Below, piece by piece: positions 24,228 through 26,024 of a stretch of 26,024 nucleotides of DNA (position 1 is the stretch's first letter; the number at the start of each line of letters is the position of its first letter). The notes beneath the pieces are model-generated. The model did no database searches. It was given only the letters and a program-made list of their open reading frames with translations, and had not been told where the DNA came from. Origin of the DNA: a virus (lineage: Duplodnaviria > Caudoviricetes). A program made the translations under genes and the position numbers. Location: positions 1-26,024 of IMG/VR virus record IMGVR_UViG_3300030059_002474. One strand, written 5' to 3'.

Positions 24228-25763
24228 ATGACAGCTATACGCCAACGCTACGAGCGTTTGGAGGAGGCACGTCAACCTTTTCTTGATAGAGCCAGAGATG
24301 CTAGTAAGTTAACCATCCCTTCTCTACTACCCCCTGATGGGCATTCAGCACATTCAAAGTTATACACTCCGTACCAAGGTATTGGCGCACGTGGTGTAAA
24401 TAATTTATCGTCAAAAATGTTGCTGGCATTACTACCTCCTAACTCACCATTCTTCCGCTTAACAGTGGATGATTTTAAGTTACAAGAGTTAGCCCAAGAA
24501 GAGGGTGCAAGAGCCGAAGTTGAAGAAGCTCTCTCCAAAATTGAACGTGCTGTAATGTCTGAGATTGAAGCTTCTTCAACTCGTATTGCAGCCTTTGAAG
24601 CTATTAAACATCTTTTAGTTGCAGGTAATGTACTGTTGTTCCAACCTGATAAAGGTGGCATGAGAGTATTCCATTTAGACCGCTACGTACTAAAGCGTGA
24701 CCCTATGGGCAACCCGCTTGAAATCATCACCAAAGAAGATGTATCCCCCAGTGCTTTGCCAGAAGAAATACGTGCTTTGCTAGACACGTCTGACACAGAA
24801 GACACTAGCAATGATGAGCCTGTTTCTTTATTCACTCACATCGTGCGAAGAAATGGTAAGTGGAATGTGGCACAAGAAGTAGCTGGCATTCCTGTACCTG
24901 ATGCAGATGGCACATACCCCTTAGATAAATCCCCTTGGATTCCCCTCCGACTCAGCCGCATTGATGGTGAGTCTTATGGGCGTGGTTATGTAGAAGAATA
25001 TCAAGGTGACTTAAACTCCCTTGAGACTCTGACACAAGCTATTGTTGAGGCTGCTGCTGCATCTGCTAAGGTACTATTCTTAGTACGACCCAATGGCACA
25101 ACACGTGCAAGAGTCTTAGCAGAAGCACCTAACGGAGCTATCCGAGAAGGTGATGCTGCTGATGTAAGTACACTGCAAGTCCAAAAATCAGGTGACATGC
25201 AGATAGCTTTTCAAACTTCACAGGAAATCAAAGAGCGTTTGTCCTTTGCCTTCTTAATGAACTCATCAGTCCAGCGTAATGCTGAACGAGTGACTGCTGA
25301 AGAAATCCGATATATGGCTTCGGAGCTAGAAGATGCCCTTGGTGGTATCTACTCTATCCTGAGTCAAGAATTTCAACTTCCCCTAGTTAACCGCCTCCTA
25401 CTACAAATGCAAAAGCAGAAGAAAGTTCCGCAATTGCCAAAGGGTGTGGTGTCTCCAACTATTGTCACTGGACTTGAGGCTTTAGGCCGAGGCCATGACT
25501 TAAATAAATTAGCTGCAATGCTCGACCATCTTCAACCACTAGGCCCAGAAGCACTTCAGAAGTACATGAATGTGGGTGACTATATCACCCGTGTAGGTAC
25601 TTCATTGGGCATGGATATGGATGGTTTAATTAAATCTGAAGAACAGATTCAACAAGAAGAACAGCAATCAATGATGATGCAAACTGGACAACAGTTAGCA
25701 CCTCAAGCTTTTGATGCTGTGAAAGAGCAGATGACAGCACAACAAGGAAATGAACAAACATAA
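24228..25763 (+). CDS. portal / head-tail connector (gp8-like)
   Basis: TPYQGIGARGVNNL, GESYGRG, AERVTAEEIR and LEALGRG. Confidence 0.98.
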   Translation: MTAIRQRYERLEEARQPFLDRARDASKLTIPSLLPPDGHSAHSKLYTPYQGIGARGVNNLSSKMLLALLPPNSPFFRLTVDDFKLQELAQEEGARAEVEEALSKIERAVMSEIEASSTRIAAFEAIKHLLVAGNVLLFQPDKGGMRVFHLDRYVLKRDPMGNPLEIITKEDVSPSALPEEIRALLDTSDTEDTSNDEPVSLFTHIVRRNGKWNVAQEVAGIPVPDADGTYPLDKSPWIPLRLSRIDGESYGRGYVEEYQGDLNSLETLTQAIVEAAAASAKVLFLVRPNGTTRARVLAEAPNGAIREGDAADVSTLQVQKSGDMQIAFQTSQEIKERLSFAFLMNSSVQRNAERVTAEEIRYMASELEDALGGIYSILSQEFQLPLVNRLLLQMQKQKKVPQLPKGVVSPTIVTGLEALGRGHDLNKLAAMLDHLQPLGPEALQKYMNVGDYITRVGTSLGMDMDGLIKSEEQIQQEEQQSMMMQTGQQLAPQAFDAVKEQMTAQQGNEQT

Positions 25764-26024
25764 TGGTAGATTCTGTAACGATTGCCCAAGGCGAAAAAAT
25801 AGATGACCAAGCTCACATTGATGCTATGGTCGCTAAAGCTGATGGTGATTCCCCCCAGACCCCAGACAACCAAGAGTCCTCTACGGATGAACGGCCTGAG
25901 TGGTTACCAGAGAAGTTTAAGACTCCAGAAGATATGGCTAAGTCTTACGCTGCACTTGAAAAGAAAATGTCAGGCGGTAAAGACACTGAGCAAGCTATCA
26001 GTAAAGCTGAAGGTGACGAAACCC
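25763..26024 (+). CDS. capsid scaffolding protein (gp9-like), 3' truncated
   Basis: TAATG coupling; reads MVDSVTI...ERPEWLPEKFKTPEDMAKSYAALEKK. Confidence 0.88.
   Translation, partial: MVDSVTIAQGEKIDDQAHIDAMVAKADGDSPQTPDNQESSTDERPEWLPEKFKTPEDMAKSYAALEKKMSGGKDTEQAISKAEGDET

Noticed and set aside
748-25198. Minus-strand and alternative-frame ORFs in the track (e.g. 748-1014, 2177-2374, 6794-7312, 17980-18252, 21354-21680, 24272-24661)
   Set aside because: They lie wholly or mostly over well-supported + strand genes and have no motifs or SD; these are shadow ORFs.

Overview
The window is about 26 kb of a T7-like (Autographiviridae-type) phage genome, with all supported genes on the + strand. 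It appears to be read across the joined genome ends. The order is: end of the tail/lysis genes, TerS and TerL, an inferred terminal-repeat region (~3.9-4.2 kb), small early genes, a lysogeny module (sORF, MarR-like HTH, acidic protein, tyrosine integrase, attP matching a tRNA-Arg 3' end), single-subunit RNAP, replication and nucleotide-metabolism genes (SSB, endonuclease I, amidase, primase-helicase, DNA polymerase A, ThyX, exonuclease, MazG-like, thioredoxin, NrdAB), then portal and scaffold. attP is intact, so this is the free or circular form of a temperate phage. The most striking signal is a second integrase-type site inside the inferred terminal repeat. It has the same core arm (CCGAGAGG) and the same 12-bp-period GTGCAAAG arm repeats as attP, but a different 7-bp spacer, which suggests integrase-mediated circularisation of the linear genome. 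Also visible are a family of 20-bp palindromic operators, a LexA-type SOS box ahead of the lysogeny operon, five phage promoters in two sequence classes, and a ~100-bp direct repeat bracketing the lysogeny module. Gene calls rest on motif recognition only; no searches were run.
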